Part shown: positions 35,983 through 46,615 of the stretch, one piece after another | Layout of the letters: each line of letters starts with the position of its first letter | Numbering within the stretch: the first letter of the stretch is position 1 | Virus record (IMG/VR): IMGVR_UViG_3300050166_000172 | Coordinates: 1-52,843 of that record | Direction: 5' to 3' (one strand) | Length of the DNA stretch: 52,843 nt | Source: a virus | Taxonomy: Duplodnaviria > Caudoviricetes | The notes under the pieces: model-generated | The model's input: only the letters and a program-made list of their open reading frames with translations | Databases searched by the model: none | Told to the model about the DNA's origin: nothing | Translations under genes and position numbers: made by a program

Positions 35983-36861
35983 ATGAGTGTTATTTTAAAA
36001 CATTGCGAAGGTAGCAGTTCTTCAAGAAACACAGGGGCAAAAAAACAATGCCTTGAAGGTTTAACAGATAGAATGTATGCTGCTAAAAAAGGGTTCAAAT
36101 TTGCATCAGTTGCAGATTTTGAAAGTAAAGCAAAATGGCTTGAGGCTATTGCTGCAAAAAATATAGTTCCTTTTTACAAGGTCTATGAATTAACTGCTGA
36201 AAACACAGAAGCAACTGTGTATGAAACTGGAGATTTCGTTTACGAAACTTCTCCAGCAGTAAAGAAAACATCTTTTGAATCTTATTTAGGTTTTTGCTCT
36301 CACAGAGCAATGAAATCATATAATGATTCAACAGAATATACTCAAATCTTCGAATCAACTAATAAAGGAGAATTTATTGGTGTTTCTGAAGGTGATGGCG
36401 TAAAAGGTCAAGATGTTTCTATTCGTGTTGGAATTAGAAATATTGCTACAAAAGACAAACCAGCTTACACAAAAGTGAGTTTAACTTTTGATGATTACAA
36501 CCAATTAGAAGATAATCCGGTGGTAATTAAAACAGGTTTCTTGTCAAGTGATTTAGATGGAATTTACGATGTTAAACTTACGAAGGTTTCTGCTAATTCA
36601 ACTTCAATTAAGTTTACTGCATCAGTAGGCTGTTCTGCAGGAGAAGATACAGTAAAATCATTTGTATTGGCTAACTTTGTTTTAAAAGATAATTTTGGAC
36701 AAGTAGTAAACTCTTCAAGTTTTACTCCAGCAGATTCAGAAGGTGTATATACACTTACTGGTGGACCTTTTGCCAACACTTATACTTTAAATCTTGTAGG
36801 TGTAGTCACAATAGGTGGTATTTGCTATGAATCAGAAAATCCTTTATCAATTACTTTTTAA
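35983..36861 (+). CDS. Putative major tail protein
   Basis: NTG..C N-terminus, beta-rich, C-terminal Ig-like extension; position. Confidence 0.6.
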   Translation: MSVILKHCEGSSSSRNTGAKKQCLEGLTDRMYAAKKGFKFASVADFESKAKWLEAIAAKNIVPFYKVYELTAENTEATVYETGDFVYETSPAVKKTSFESYLGFCSHRAMKSYNDSTEYTQIFESTNKGEFIGVSEGDGVKGQDVSIRVGIRNIATKDKPAYTKVSLTFDDYNQLEDNPVVIKTGFLSSDLDGIYDVKLTKVSANSTSIKFTASVGCSAGEDTVKSFVLANFVLKDNFGQVVNSSSFTPADSEGVYTLTGGPFANTYTLNLVGVVTIGGICYESENPLSITF

Positions 36862-37127
36862 TGAATAAGTATAAAGGGATAGAATTTGCAAAGGGCTATA
36901 ACAAGTCCTTTGCTGATTTTAAAATTGAGTTTGGTTCAACTCATATTTTTAATAATATGTATCCAGATGTCCGTGAAAAAGAACTTAAAAAAGCTTATGA
37001 AATAGCAATTAATCAAAGCGTAAATAATAAAATTGACGTTATTGATGCAGAAATTATAAAACCAGATGGCAACATTACAACAACAAATGGAAAAAGCCAA
37101 AAGCCTAACTCCAGAAAGGGTAAGTAA
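36861..37127 (+). CDS. Hypothetical protein
   Basis: Coupled to tail gene. Confidence 0.55.
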   Translation: MNKYKGIEFAKGYNKSFADFKIEFGSTHIFNNMYPDVREKELKKAYEIAINQSVNNKIDVIDAEIIKPDGNITTTNGKSQKPNSRKGK

Positions 37128-37542
37128 TGAATTATTTGACTTTTTAAAATCTATTAGTAAAGAAATTGTTGAAATCAATAAAAATAAAGTTTCAAAAGAC
37201 AGCAAAGATATATTTGATAATGCAATAGGTTTTTATTCCGAAGCCACCGAGTACATAACTAAAAACAATGCTCTTTTAGGCAAAGGAAATAAGATAAAAT
37301 ATGCAGGAGAACCATTTGATGCTGACGACACAGGAAGTTTTTTAAAAGGATTTTATGTAAACATTAATAATTCCGAATTAAAATTTGGATCAACAGATTC
37401 TAAAACTGAAATAATACTTAAAAGCGAAAATTGGTTGTCAGACGAATTATTCGGTTTAACAGATAAAGATTTAAGGGAGTTAATTGATAATCAATTACTC
37501 CCTTTTATTATTAAAAATAATAGAAAAATATTAAATGTATAA
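37066..37542 (+). CDS. Putative virion morphogenesis protein
   Basis: DTGSF..., LFGLT motifs typical of tail-completion/neck proteins. Confidence 0.5.
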   Translation: MATLQQQMEKAKSLTPERVSNELFDFLKSISKEIVEINKNKVSKDSKDIFDNAIGFYSEATEYITKNNALLGKGNKIKYAGEPFDADDTGSFLKGFYVNINNSELKFGSTDSKTEIILKSENWLSDELFGLTDKDLRELIDNQLLPFIIKNNRKILNV

Positions 37543-38122
37543 CTCACTTAGCCACATACCAGTAAAAGTATTCTACGAAATATTAGCTACCAATAACTAC
37601 AGATTATTGTTAGAAAAAGAAGACGTTTTTGTTTCTGATGAAAAAGTAATGAATACCTGGTCCGTTCTTAAATTAGATTATGATAGAAAAAATTCAAAAG
37701 AAGAAAATTCATTTTTTGAAATTAGAAAAGAAATCGAAATACTAAGTGCAAAGCATACACAAATAACACTTATTTGTCATTGCTTAAAAAACGATTGGAA
37801 CCAAGAATTAGTAAATATTCTTCTTGAAAATATGTATGTAATCAAAGACGATGAAAATTATATACAATATATCGAAACCATTGAAAGGCAAGTTGAAGCT
37901 TTACAGATTAAAATAAATAGATTAAAAGAACATCTTCCGCAAAAAAGTGAAGATGATGATCTAAACTCTGAAACAGATTTAGATGATGTAATGGCGAGCT
38001 TCTCCTCTATTTTACAAATTGATTTTGATTTCGAAACTATATCAGTCAACAAATTTTTTGCATTACAAAAACAGGTTGATTTAAAAATACAAAACTTAAA
38101 AAAACAATCATCTAAAAAATAA
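37535..38122 (+). CDS. Putative tail assembly chaperone
   Basis: Immediately upstream of tape measure. Confidence 0.45.
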   Translation: MYNSLSHIPVKVFYEILATNNYRLLLEKEDVFVSDEKVMNTWSVLKLDYDRKNSKEENSFFEIRKEIEILSAKHTQITLICHCLKNDWNQELVNILLENMYVIKDDENYIQYIETIERQVEALQIKINRLKEHLPQKSEDDDLNSETDLDDVMASFSSILQIDFDFETISVNKFFALQKQVDLKIQNLKKQSSKK

Positions 38123-38126
38123 TAAG

Positions 38127-41100
38127 ATGGCGACACCAGGAGGCACTATTACCAGAAAAGATTTAATTGAAGACGATGCTTTAAATTATCCTATTCAATT
38201 AGGTAAAAATTTACAATCACTTATTGATGTTCAAGAACAACTTGTTGCTTCTGCTAAAGGATATAATAGTGTAATTGCTGGAATGAAAAAATCAGAAAAT
38301 CAACAACAGTTTCTTACTGAAAAGCAACAGGAACGATTATTATATGAAAAAACTACCAATGCTATAAAACTAGAACAAACTGCGTTAAAAGAAGCAGAAA
38401 AAGCAAAACAAGAAGCAATTAGAACCCGAAAATTAGAACTTGAAGTACTTGCAAAAGAAGAAAGAGCAAAAAATGGAGTTGTAAAACAAACTATTGAAGA
38501 ACGCATTCAGAATGAAGCCAATAATAAAATAATTCGTCAACAAGTTAGAGAACAATTAGGTTTAGTTGGGGCTTATGAAAAAATGAATAAAGCTAGAACC
38601 GATGCGAAAAATAAACTTCGAGATTTAATTGCAACAGAAGGCGCATCTACAGCAGAAATAAAAAAGGCTCAAAAAGAATTTGATGTTTTAGCTGCTAAAG
38701 TTAAAAAAGCAGATGATGCAACAAATGATTTTTCTAAAAACGTAGGTAACTACCCTACTATTGGAAAATTAGGATCAAGTATTAAAGATTTATTTGGCGC
38801 TTTTGGTTTAACAGCTGGAGTTGGTGCAGCTGCTGCAATTTTGAAAGGTGCTTATGATACAATTGTAAAATTCGACCAAGGAGTTGCAGATTTAGGAGCT
38901 ATAACCGGTGCAACGGGTAAAGATTTAGATTATCTAAAAAACCAAGCAATTGAATTAGGAAAAGAAACAAAAGGCGGTGCTGTACAAGTAGTGGAAGCAT
39001 ACAAACTTATTGCATCTGCAAAACCTGAACTTCTTGATAACGTTGAAAGTTTAAATCAAGTAACAAAAGCAGTTTTAACTTTATCAAAAGCCTCTGGTTT
39101 AGAATTGCCAGAAGCTGCAACTGCCTTAACTGATGCAATGAATCAATTCGGAGCGCCAGCGGAAGAAGCGGGAATATTTATTGATGCCTTAGCCAATGGT
39201 GCCAAGTATGGTTCTGCTGAAATTCCACAAGTAACTGAAGCGTTATTAAAATTCGGTGCTGTGGCCAGAAGTTCAAATATTTCTATTCAAGAAAGTACCG
39301 CATTGATTGAATTATTAGCAGAAAACGGAATCAAAGGTGCTGAAGCTGGAACAGCTTTAAGAAATGTACTTTTAAAAATATCGGCTCCAGATGCTTTGCC
39401 AAGAGAAGCACAAAAAGCTTTGAAAGATTTAGGTATTTCATTTGAATTATTGAAAGATAAATCTGTTCCAATTCAGGAAAAATTTGAAGCCTTAAAACCA
39501 TTGCTTGATGATAACGGTAAATTACTTAAAACTTTTGGTTTCGAAAACACCGTAGCTGCAAGAAACATCATTGAACATACGGACAGATTAGCAGATTTAA
39601 CTGGTAAAATGAATGAATACGGAACTGCACAAGCTCAAGCAGAACAAAGAAGCAATACACTTCAAGGTAAAACGGATAAGCTATCTGCTACTTATGATAG
39701 TTTTATTTTAAATTTAAATAGCGGAAGTGGTGTAATATCTGAATTCTTTAAATTTTTTATTGATGGAGCCACAAATACATTAGGTATTCTTGAGAGACTT
39801 AACACTTCTTGGGATGGATTATTTGATAAAGCTAGAAATCAAGGAAAAGAGTTAGGTAAATCTGCTTTTCAAGAACAGTTTCAAAGTTTGAAAGATACTG
39901 GTTCTACAGTAGATGTATCTAATTCTATTATAAAAGTTGCTAGAAAAGATTATGTTATAGCACAGAAAAAAATTAATGAACAAGCATCATATATTTCAAG
40001 TCTTGAAAAATTAAATCAAGAATCAAATTTCATTGGAAATAAAGCAATTTATGCTTTTAGAATAAGAAATGCAAAATCAGATTATGAAGATTTATTAAAA
40101 GAAAGAGCAAGGGCTGGTTCTATAATAGATGAAGGTAAGAATAAAATTTCAAAAGCAAATCAGGAAGAAATTAAATTAACTGAAGATAAAAACACGAAAC
40201 TAAACGAACTTTCTGCTGCACAAATAAAAGCCAATGCAGATGCTGAAAAGAAAAGAAAGCAAGCTAGAAGGGATGAATTAGAAAGGTTGAAACAAGCCGA
40301 TAGTGATGCCTATAATTTATTAAAATTCAGAAAAGAGCAGGAATTAAAAGTAAAAGACGAAATTGTATCAAACGATAAAGAAACTATAAATGATCGTGTT
40401 GATGCATTAGTTTATGGAAATAATATTGAACAATCTATTGCTGAAGAAACTGCGAAATTTAAACTTCGCCAAATTTCGCAGTATAATGACGAAGTTAGAA
40501 ATTTAACTGATGCGGAAATTAGCACATTGTTAAATGGAGGTGAAATTAAAAAAACCTTAACGGATTCTGAAAAATTAGTTTTAGAAGAATTTATTGCACA
40601 AAAAAGACAAATAAAACTAAAAGAAAATGAAGACTCTCAAAAATTAATTGATAGCATTGTTGATCAGGAAAAGAAAAAAGTTGAAGATTTAGTAAAAATT
40701 CAAGAAGACGAATTAAACACAAAAATTACTGACGAAAATATTATTTTCAAAGCAAAACTAGACGCTGCTAAAGGCAATAATTCCGAAATAGAACGTATTA
40801 CATTAGAACACGAAGAAAATCTTTTAAAAATTAAAAAAGACTACGCAAAAAAAGGGCTTCAAACCCAGATTGATGCCTTACAATCTTTTTTAAATGAACA
40901 AGATAAACTCCCTCAAAAAGAGCAAATATCTGCTGATAAAAGAAAAGAAATTGAATCAAAGTTAATTACTGCTAAAAAACTATTATCGGAAGAAGATATT
41001 AAAAACACGGATTTAACCACAAAGAAAAAAGAGGAGTTAGAAAAAGAATATGCAAATCGAGTAAAAGAAGCTTCATTGCAATTAAAAGACGAATTAGTTA

Positions 41101-41873
41101 ATCTTGCAAATACGCTTTTTGATGGAAAAATAGCCAATATAGATAGTGAAATTTCAAAATGGGATGAATACTACAACGAGCAAATTAAATTAGCTGGAGA
41201 CGACCAAAGACAAAAGGATTTAATTACTGCAGAAGCGGAACGCAAAAGAAAAGAATTAGAAAAAGAAAAACGAAAAGAGCAACACAAGCAGGCTATTTTC
41301 AACAAAGCAATGGCAGCATTAAACGTAGGTATTAACACCGCACAAGCAGTTATGGCAATTGCTTCTACAGGTGGTGGTACTATGTATGCTGATTTTGGTA
41401 TTTCTGCTGGTATATTAACCGCAATAACACTTGGTATTGGTGCAGCACAATTAGCAGCGGTTTTAGCAGCTCCTCTTCCTAAATATGAGTTTGGTACAGG
41501 TTGGCACATTGGAGGTCCTGCAATGGTAGCAGAAAAAAGACCAGAGGTTATTATGGAGCCTGGTAAAAATCCATACATAGCAACAAGTCCACAAATACTA
41601 AATTTGGCAAAAGGAACAAAAGTAATACCTTCATTAGAGCAATATGAAAAAGAATTCGGACAAGATAGCATTAATAATATGCTTTATACTAGTAAGGGTA
41701 AAATTGATAATTATAACAATTTATTACAGCTTAATTTTCAATCGAAAGAAATGGTTGAAGAAATGCGAAAAACAAGAAAAGCAATTGAAAAAAACAAACC
41801 AATGCGTCCTGTTGCATCTAAAAATGTAGATATACCTCACTCTATTTGGGCTTATAGTAATATTAAATGGTAA
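38127..41873 (+). CDS. Tail tape measure protein (TP901-family core)
   Basis: 1248 aa helical; GAEAGTALRNVL core; coiled coils; C-terminal G.A.VAE..PE. Confidence 0.92.
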   Translation: MATPGGTITRKDLIEDDALNYPIQLGKNLQSLIDVQEQLVASAKGYNSVIAGMKKSENQQQFLTEKQQERLLYEKTTNAIKLEQTALKEAEKAKQEAIRTRKLELEVLAKEERAKNGVVKQTIEERIQNEANNKIIRQQVREQLGLVGAYEKMNKARTDAKNKLRDLIATEGASTAEIKKAQKEFDVLAAKVKKADDATNDFSKNVGNYPTIGKLGSSIKDLFGAFGLTAGVGAAAAILKGAYDTIVKFDQGVADLGAITGATGKDLDYLKNQAIELGKETKGGAVQVVEAYKLIASAKPELLDNVESLNQVTKAVLTLSKASGLELPEAATALTDAMNQFGAPAEEAGIFIDALANGAKYGSAEIPQVTEALLKFGAVARSSNISIQESTALIELLAENGIKGAEAGTALRNVLLKISAPDALPREAQKALKDLGISFELLKDKSVPIQEKFEALKPLLDDNGKLLKTFGFENTVAARNIIEHTDRLADLTGKMNEYGTAQAQAEQRSNTLQGKTDKLSATYDSFILNLNSGSGVISEFFKFFIDGATNTLGILERLNTSWDGLFDKARNQGKELGKSAFQEQFQSLKDTGSTVDVSNSIIKVARKDYVIAQKKINEQASYISSLEKLNQESNFIGNKAIYAFRIRNAKSDYEDLLKERARAGSIIDEGKNKISKANQEEIKLTEDKNTKLNELSAAQIKANADAEKKRKQARRDELERLKQADSDAYNLLKFRKEQELKVKDEIVSNDKETINDRVDALVYGNNIEQSIAEETAKFKLRQISQYNDEVRNLTDAEISTLLNGGEIKKTLTDSEKLVLEEFIAQKRQIKLKENEDSQKLIDSIVDQEKKKVEDLVKIQEDELNTKITDENIIFKAKLDAAKGNNSEIERITLEHEENLLKIKKDYAKKGLQTQIDALQSFLNEQDKLPQKEQISADKRKEIESKLITAKKLLSEEDIKNTDLTTKKKEELEKEYANRVKEASLQLKDELVNLANTLFDGKIANIDSEISKWDEYYNEQIKLAGDDQRQKDLITAEAERKRKELEKEKRKEQHKQAIFNKAMAALNVGINTAQAVMAIASTGGGTMYADFGISAGILTAITLGIGAAQLAAVLAAPLPKYEFGTGWHIGGPAMVAEKRPEVIMEPGKNPYIATSPQILNLAKGTKVIPSLEQYEKEFGQDSINNMLYTSKGKIDNYNNLLQLNFQSKEMVEEMRKTRKAIEKNKPMRPVASKNVDIPHSIWAYSNIKW

Positions 41874-41876
41874 TTT

Positions 41877-44138
41877 ATGAAAAATATTAGTCAAGGATAT
41901 AACGACAGAATTAGATTTATTATTACGAATAAACAATTTGGAAGTAAGATAATTACAGAGCCAGAAGGTTGGAGTACGGATCAAAAAGAAATTTCAAGAC
42001 ACCAAGATTATCATGGAATATTCCCAAAGTTTTCAAACTCATTAAAATTTATTGAAGATGGAAAAGACTATATAAAAATGATATATGATGTAGTCGGAAT
42101 AAATGCAGATTTACGTTTAAAAAAAGAAATCCGACATCCAAAAACAGATGAATGGATTTTGGAGTATTCTGGCTTTTTGGATATGTCTACTTATATTTTA
42201 GAAAGCAATAAAATTTCTATGAAATTTAATTCTGGAGGTTTAGAAAGTATTTTGAAGGCACGTGAAAATGAAAGCGTTGAAATTTCGAGAGAAAAAACAA
42301 TGGATGGCATTGCTTTAGATCCAATAAAAATTGAAGAAGTAGAATTGGAAGGAAGAAGAATTTTTTTAAAATCAGATTTAGAGGTAAAAAATACTGTTAA
42401 TAGCGTAAATACTTATAACCAAACTAACGGACAAACAAGAGGTAGCACCTACCCTGTTCCGTTAAAAATAATTAATAAATCACACGAAGAATTACAAGAG
42501 CCTACTATAAGCACAAGAGTTGGCGATGATACTTGGGAACGAACTGGAAATGGTGAAACAGGTTTAATGTTTTTTGCAGTTAGTGAGAAACAAAGAACTT
42601 TAAAAATTAAATTCAAGTTGGAATTCTTCTCAAAATTTGAAGAAACACCAAGTCCATTACCTCCTTTCCAGAATGTAATGACTGGTCTTGATGATGTAAA
42701 TGCGTTTTGGTTTGGCGTTAGGCTTGCTCGTTATGCAAATGGAGTTGGTTACAATAATGTCGCTAATCAAATGTTGTTTGGAACATACGATCAACCTTCA
42801 GAAGTACATAACCAATCAAGGGTTTTAAATTACAATCAAACGATAACAATAAATGCTGGGGATAGCTTGGCTTTAGTTTTTGACCAAAATATGGACGGTG
42901 AAAATGGACAGTCTGCACATTTAAATATTCAGATTACAAATATTAAATGTGAATTATTTATTGAAGAAGAAAGTTTTTATGAAAAATCACTTGCAAAAAC
43001 AATAATGCCTTTTGAATTAGCTGAAAGATTACTTGAAATTGCTTCAAATAGAAAATGTTTATATTCCGAAGCTCTTGGAAGAACAGATATTGGTTATGCT
43101 AATGACGGAGTAAACACCGGTGCTTTATGTGGTGTTTCTCATGGTTTTTGGGTGCGTGGATTTGATGCTTTGCCAGTATCAACAGAAGATAATTTAAACC
43201 CATTCAAGCCGCTTACAACTTCTTTTAAAGAGTTTATGATGTCTTATGCTGCAACTTGGAATTTAGGATTAGGTATTGAAACTTTTGGAAACTTGGAAAG
43301 AGTAAGAATTGAACCTTTAGAGTTTTTTTATAACAGAAATGTAACTATAAAACTGCCTAATCAAGTATCAAATATTAAGCGAAGCATTGATGTTGATAGC
43401 GTGTATTCATCAATAGAAATAGGCTACGAAAAAGGCGGTGATTATGAAGAAGCCTTCGGATTAGATGAATACAACGGTATATCTAAATTTACAACAATAA
43501 TTACTCGTGTTAAAAATGTTTTCACAAAAAAATCAAAATATCGTGGGGATAGTTATGGTAAGGAATTTGCCAGAAGAAAACCAAAAGCAAGATACGGAAC
43601 AGAAGATACAAGATATGATGATGATATTTTTTTAAACGATATGAAAAGAGGAGTTGGACCAGTGTATAAGGAAAGGAAATGGCAAGATGATTTTTCACAA
43701 ATACCATCTGGAACATTTTCTCCAGAAACTGCAACAAATTTAAGACTTTCGCCTTTTAATTTATTGCTACGTCATGGCCGATTTATTTCTTCTTGTTTGC
43801 AAAAAAACACAACAGATTTTGTTAGTTATATATCAAGCACAGGAAACAGTAAACTGAAAACAAAATTAATTGGCGGAAATGAATATTCCGAAAACGGACA
43901 AATAATAAATTCAGAATTACAAAGACCAAGATACACAAGCGATATTGTAGAATTTAATCATCAGATAGATTTTACAATTATGCAATTAATTGAAGGTTAC
44001 ACGGAAATAAATGGTAAAAAAATACCAAATATTTACGGAAGAATAGAATTTATTAATGAAGATAATCAGCCAGAATATGGTTATTTAATGAATTGCAAAA
44101 TAAACGATGGAGAATTTAAACTACTAAAAGCATATTAA
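41877..44138 (+). CDS. Tail tip/hub protein
   Basis: Large beta-rich protein after tape measure; EP.GW N-terminus. Confidence 0.65.
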   Translation: MKNISQGYNDRIRFIITNKQFGSKIITEPEGWSTDQKEISRHQDYHGIFPKFSNSLKFIEDGKDYIKMIYDVVGINADLRLKKEIRHPKTDEWILEYSGFLDMSTYILESNKISMKFNSGGLESILKARENESVEISREKTMDGIALDPIKIEEVELEGRRIFLKSDLEVKNTVNSVNTYNQTNGQTRGSTYPVPLKIINKSHEELQEPTISTRVGDDTWERTGNGETGLMFFAVSEKQRTLKIKFKLEFFSKFEETPSPLPPFQNVMTGLDDVNAFWFGVRLARYANGVGYNNVANQMLFGTYDQPSEVHNQSRVLNYNQTITINAGDSLALVFDQNMDGENGQSAHLNIQITNIKCELFIEEESFYEKSLAKTIMPFELAERLLEIASNRKCLYSEALGRTDIGYANDGVNTGALCGVSHGFWVRGFDALPVSTEDNLNPFKPLTTSFKEFMMSYAATWNLGLGIETFGNLERVRIEPLEFFYNRNVTIKLPNQVSNIKRSIDVDSVYSSIEIGYEKGGDYEEAFGLDEYNGISKFTTIITRVKNVFTKKSKYRGDSYGKEFARRKPKARYGTEDTRYDDDIFLNDMKRGVGPVYKERKWQDDFSQIPSGTFSPETATNLRLSPFNLLLRHGRFISSCLQKNTTDFVSYISSTGNSKLKTKLIGGNEYSENGQIINSELQRPRYTSDIVEFNHQIDFTIMQLIEGYTEINGKKIPNIYGRIEFINEDNQPEYGYLMNCKINDGEFKLLKAY

Positions 44139-44139
44139 C

Positions 44140-46155
44140 ATGGCACAAATTTTAAAAATAACATTTAATGAGGATTTATCTTTATCACAAGGCGTTCATT
44201 TTGATGTTTTGAATAATGGATTAAACCCAGCAATTGGATTTACTCTTTATGAAAACTGGGTTAATTTAAGACAAGGCGCTTATCAAGTTTCACTAGGTAC
44301 GCCATTATTAATTCCTGGAGAAAACTCGGCAATAAATTTTTTACAATCTTTTACTTTAGATTGGTTAAATAGTTTTGGATTTACTGCGTGGCGAGAAGCG
44401 AATGTTGTATATCTTAAACTGCCTTTTGATTATTTAGAATTTCTAAATTATGAATCCACAAACTCAAATGTAGCATTTGAAATTGTAACAGCAGATACTC
44501 CTTTGGTTGTAGAATCTGTTGTTTTTTCTCAAGCAACAACAAATCCTTGTGGAAACATAAAGGTTTCAGTAATTACAAACTTGTTAGCAGATGAAGTTAC
44601 ATTGCCAATTCCGATAACAAATAACACCACCAATCCAATAGTTTTTGAATTGCCCAGAAATCAAAATGTAGCATTTGATTTAAACAGAAATGATGCCATA
44701 AATAATGTGGTTCACAATGTTGGATTTGTTACTCAGTTACCTGGCTTTTTAAATTTAACTTCTGCAAATATATATATTAGCAATACGCCAAATGGTGGAA
44801 ATGTAGCAGTTTTAATTGATGCGAATTTATTACAACTGCAATATTCACTTGATGGTACAAACTGGCAAACAAATAATTCTTTTAATAGTTTATTGGAAGG
44901 TTTATATACCTTACATGTGAAAGATCAGTATGGATGCGTAAAAACTTTAGAATTTGAAGTTTCATTAGAAGCTTTGTATTTGCCATACTTTTATATTTCA
45001 AAATCAAATAGTATTCGTTTTGCTAATCGAATTACTTGGGGCGATGCTGCCAATTACAAAAATGACGAGAATACTTTAAGCTGTGAAGTAGAAGCAAAAA
45101 GAGTATTCAAGCAAATTCAACTTTTTCAAACTTCTGATGTAATTACAACACAATTTAAATCAAATTACGGAAATAATAGTGTAAAAATTATTAAAGAAGA
45201 TTTATCTGAAATGAATGTTCCAGTACTTCAAAAATCTAATAATATTGGTTTAAGTGACTGCAGAGATGCAAGAAAATATAATTTAGGTAATGGAAAAACA
45301 GGAGTTTACTTTACAGATGGAAATGTATATGATTTTAATTCAGGTATTCCAACAGGTGAAACACATTCTCTTAATGGAACACTTCCGCATTGGGCAAAAT
45401 CTGGTAATTATATAAAAATAGCAAGTTCGTGGTTTGTAATTGAAGATATCACTTATGATGAAACCAAAAATGCCGATGTTATTATTATTTCAAGCAATTA
45501 CACTAGTGTAGATGTTTCTTTAGTTGTAGGTTGTTTATATAATAAATTTGATTATGAAATATATGAATTTGTAATTGATATGTTGCCATATATGGATCAA
45601 AACATTAAAGTGAAAATTATCGCAAGTGATACTAATTTCGATACCATTACGCTTATTTCAGAACAAATAAACGTAGCAGTAAGACAGAATAAAACAGTTG
45701 AAATAAACTATTGGAATGACGACAATACGGATATATTTTATTCTACAGGAATAAAGCATAAAATTCGTTTATTGCTTCAAAAAAAGTCGGGTGTTTCAGA
45801 AGATGAAAACGAAATCTTAAAAACAGATAATACTGCTGTTATGCTTAGTTCTCAATTGTACGAAGTAGATGAATTTACTTTTGAACCATTGACAAAAGAA
45901 TTATGGCGAAAATTACTTATTGCATTAAGTTGCAAACACGTAATTATTGACGAAATAGGCTACGTTAAAACAGAAAGCGGATTTGAAACAGAAGGACCAT
46001 TAGAAAAATCAAATTTATATGTTTTGAAAGCAAAAATGATTAAAAATTCTGGCGCTTTTAAATCTTCAAGCGACGGAGCTGCAGAATTTGATTATAGCAA
46101 TACAAGTATTCCAGGATTAATTGATATCGGAAATAATGGGTTTATACAATACTAA
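44140..46155 (+). CDS. Tail structural protein with SprB-like repeat
   Basis: YSLDGTNWQ..N.F..L..G.YTLHVKD..GC. Confidence 0.65.
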   Translation: MAQILKITFNEDLSLSQGVHFDVLNNGLNPAIGFTLYENWVNLRQGAYQVSLGTPLLIPGENSAINFLQSFTLDWLNSFGFTAWREANVVYLKLPFDYLEFLNYESTNSNVAFEIVTADTPLVVESVVFSQATTNPCGNIKVSVITNLLADEVTLPIPITNNTTNPIVFELPRNQNVAFDLNRNDAINNVVHNVGFVTQLPGFLNLTSANIYISNTPNGGNVAVLIDANLLQLQYSLDGTNWQTNNSFNSLLEGLYTLHVKDQYGCVKTLEFEVSLEALYLPYFYISKSNSIRFANRITWGDAANYKNDENTLSCEVEAKRVFKQIQLFQTSDVITTQFKSNYGNNSVKIIKEDLSEMNVPVLQKSNNIGLSDCRDARKYNLGNGKTGVYFTDGNVYDFNSGIPTGETHSLNGTLPHWAKSGNYIKIASSWFVIEDITYDETKNADVIIISSNYTSVDVSLVVGCLYNKFDYEIYEFVIDMLPYMDQNIKVKIIASDTNFDTITLISEQINVAVRQNKTVEINYWNDDNTDIFYSTGIKHKIRLLLQKKSGVSEDENEILKTDNTAVMLSSQLYEVDEFTFEPLTKELWRKLLIALSCKHVIIDEIGYVKTESGFETEGPLEKSNLYVLKAKMIKNSGAFKSSSDGAAEFDYSNTSIPGLIDIGNNGFIQY

Positions 46156-46207
46156 TATATAATTTCGGTAGATTATTGTATTAATTTTTAGAAATACTTG
46201 TAAAATA

Positions 46208-46235
46208 AAAAAGCCTCTTTAATTAGAGGCTTTTT
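46208..46235. terminator. Bidirectional terminator
   Basis: AAAAAGCCTCT / AGAGGCTTTTT between convergent genes. Confidence 0.85.
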
Positions 46236-46239
46236 GTAT

Positions 46240-46518
46240 TTATAAATTATCTTTTTCAAATTTCTCTAATCCTTTTCTATGTGTTTCTTCGTCTATAACG
46301 GTAAGGTTTTGGTGAAGATGATTTTGGTTTGATAAATACCTATCACCATGCTCGTGCGTATGATGATGTACCGAATTATCAATATAATTTGGCGTTCTTT
46401 TTTCTTCTTTTTTTCTATTCATTTTATCCAATACTCCACCTATTCCACTTCCAAGCCGATAGCCTATAAATGGTAAAGAAAGAACGAATAAAAGAAATAG
46501 AAATATTGCCATGTACAA
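46240..46518 (-). CDS. Small membrane protein with His-rich segment (moron)
   Basis: N-terminal TM helix; VHHHTHEH; antisense to late operon. Confidence 0.7.
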   Translation of the reverse strand: MYMAIFLFLLFVLSLPFIGYRLGSGIGGVLDKMNRKKEEKRTPNYIDNSVHHHTHEHGDRYLSNQNHLHQNLTVIDEETHRKGLEKFEKDNL

Positions 46519-46571
46519 ATATAATTAATTAGTGTTGAATTATTTATAATATTTTATTATTCTTATCAAGT

Positions 46572-46602
46572 CTAAATAAAAATAATATTTATACATTTGT
46601 AA
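46572..46602 (+). promoter_or_regulatory. Promoter for tail fibre/lysis genes
   Basis: CTAAATAAAAATAAT-N5-TACATTTGTAA, identical layout to 32427-32457. Confidence 0.6.
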
Positions 46603-46615
46603 AAAGATTTTTAAC

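Noticed and set aside
36861-38122. Programmed -1 frameshift in tail assembly chaperones
   Set aside because: The overlapping ORFs each have their own ATG, and no convincing slippery site can be distinguished from the A/T-rich background.
4820-43737. Numerous minus-strand ORFs of 60-170 aa overlapping long plus-strand genes (e.g. 5294-5806, 41171-41671)
   Set aside because: Antisense shadows of real genes, with Ser/Phe/Leu-rich composition and no motifs.
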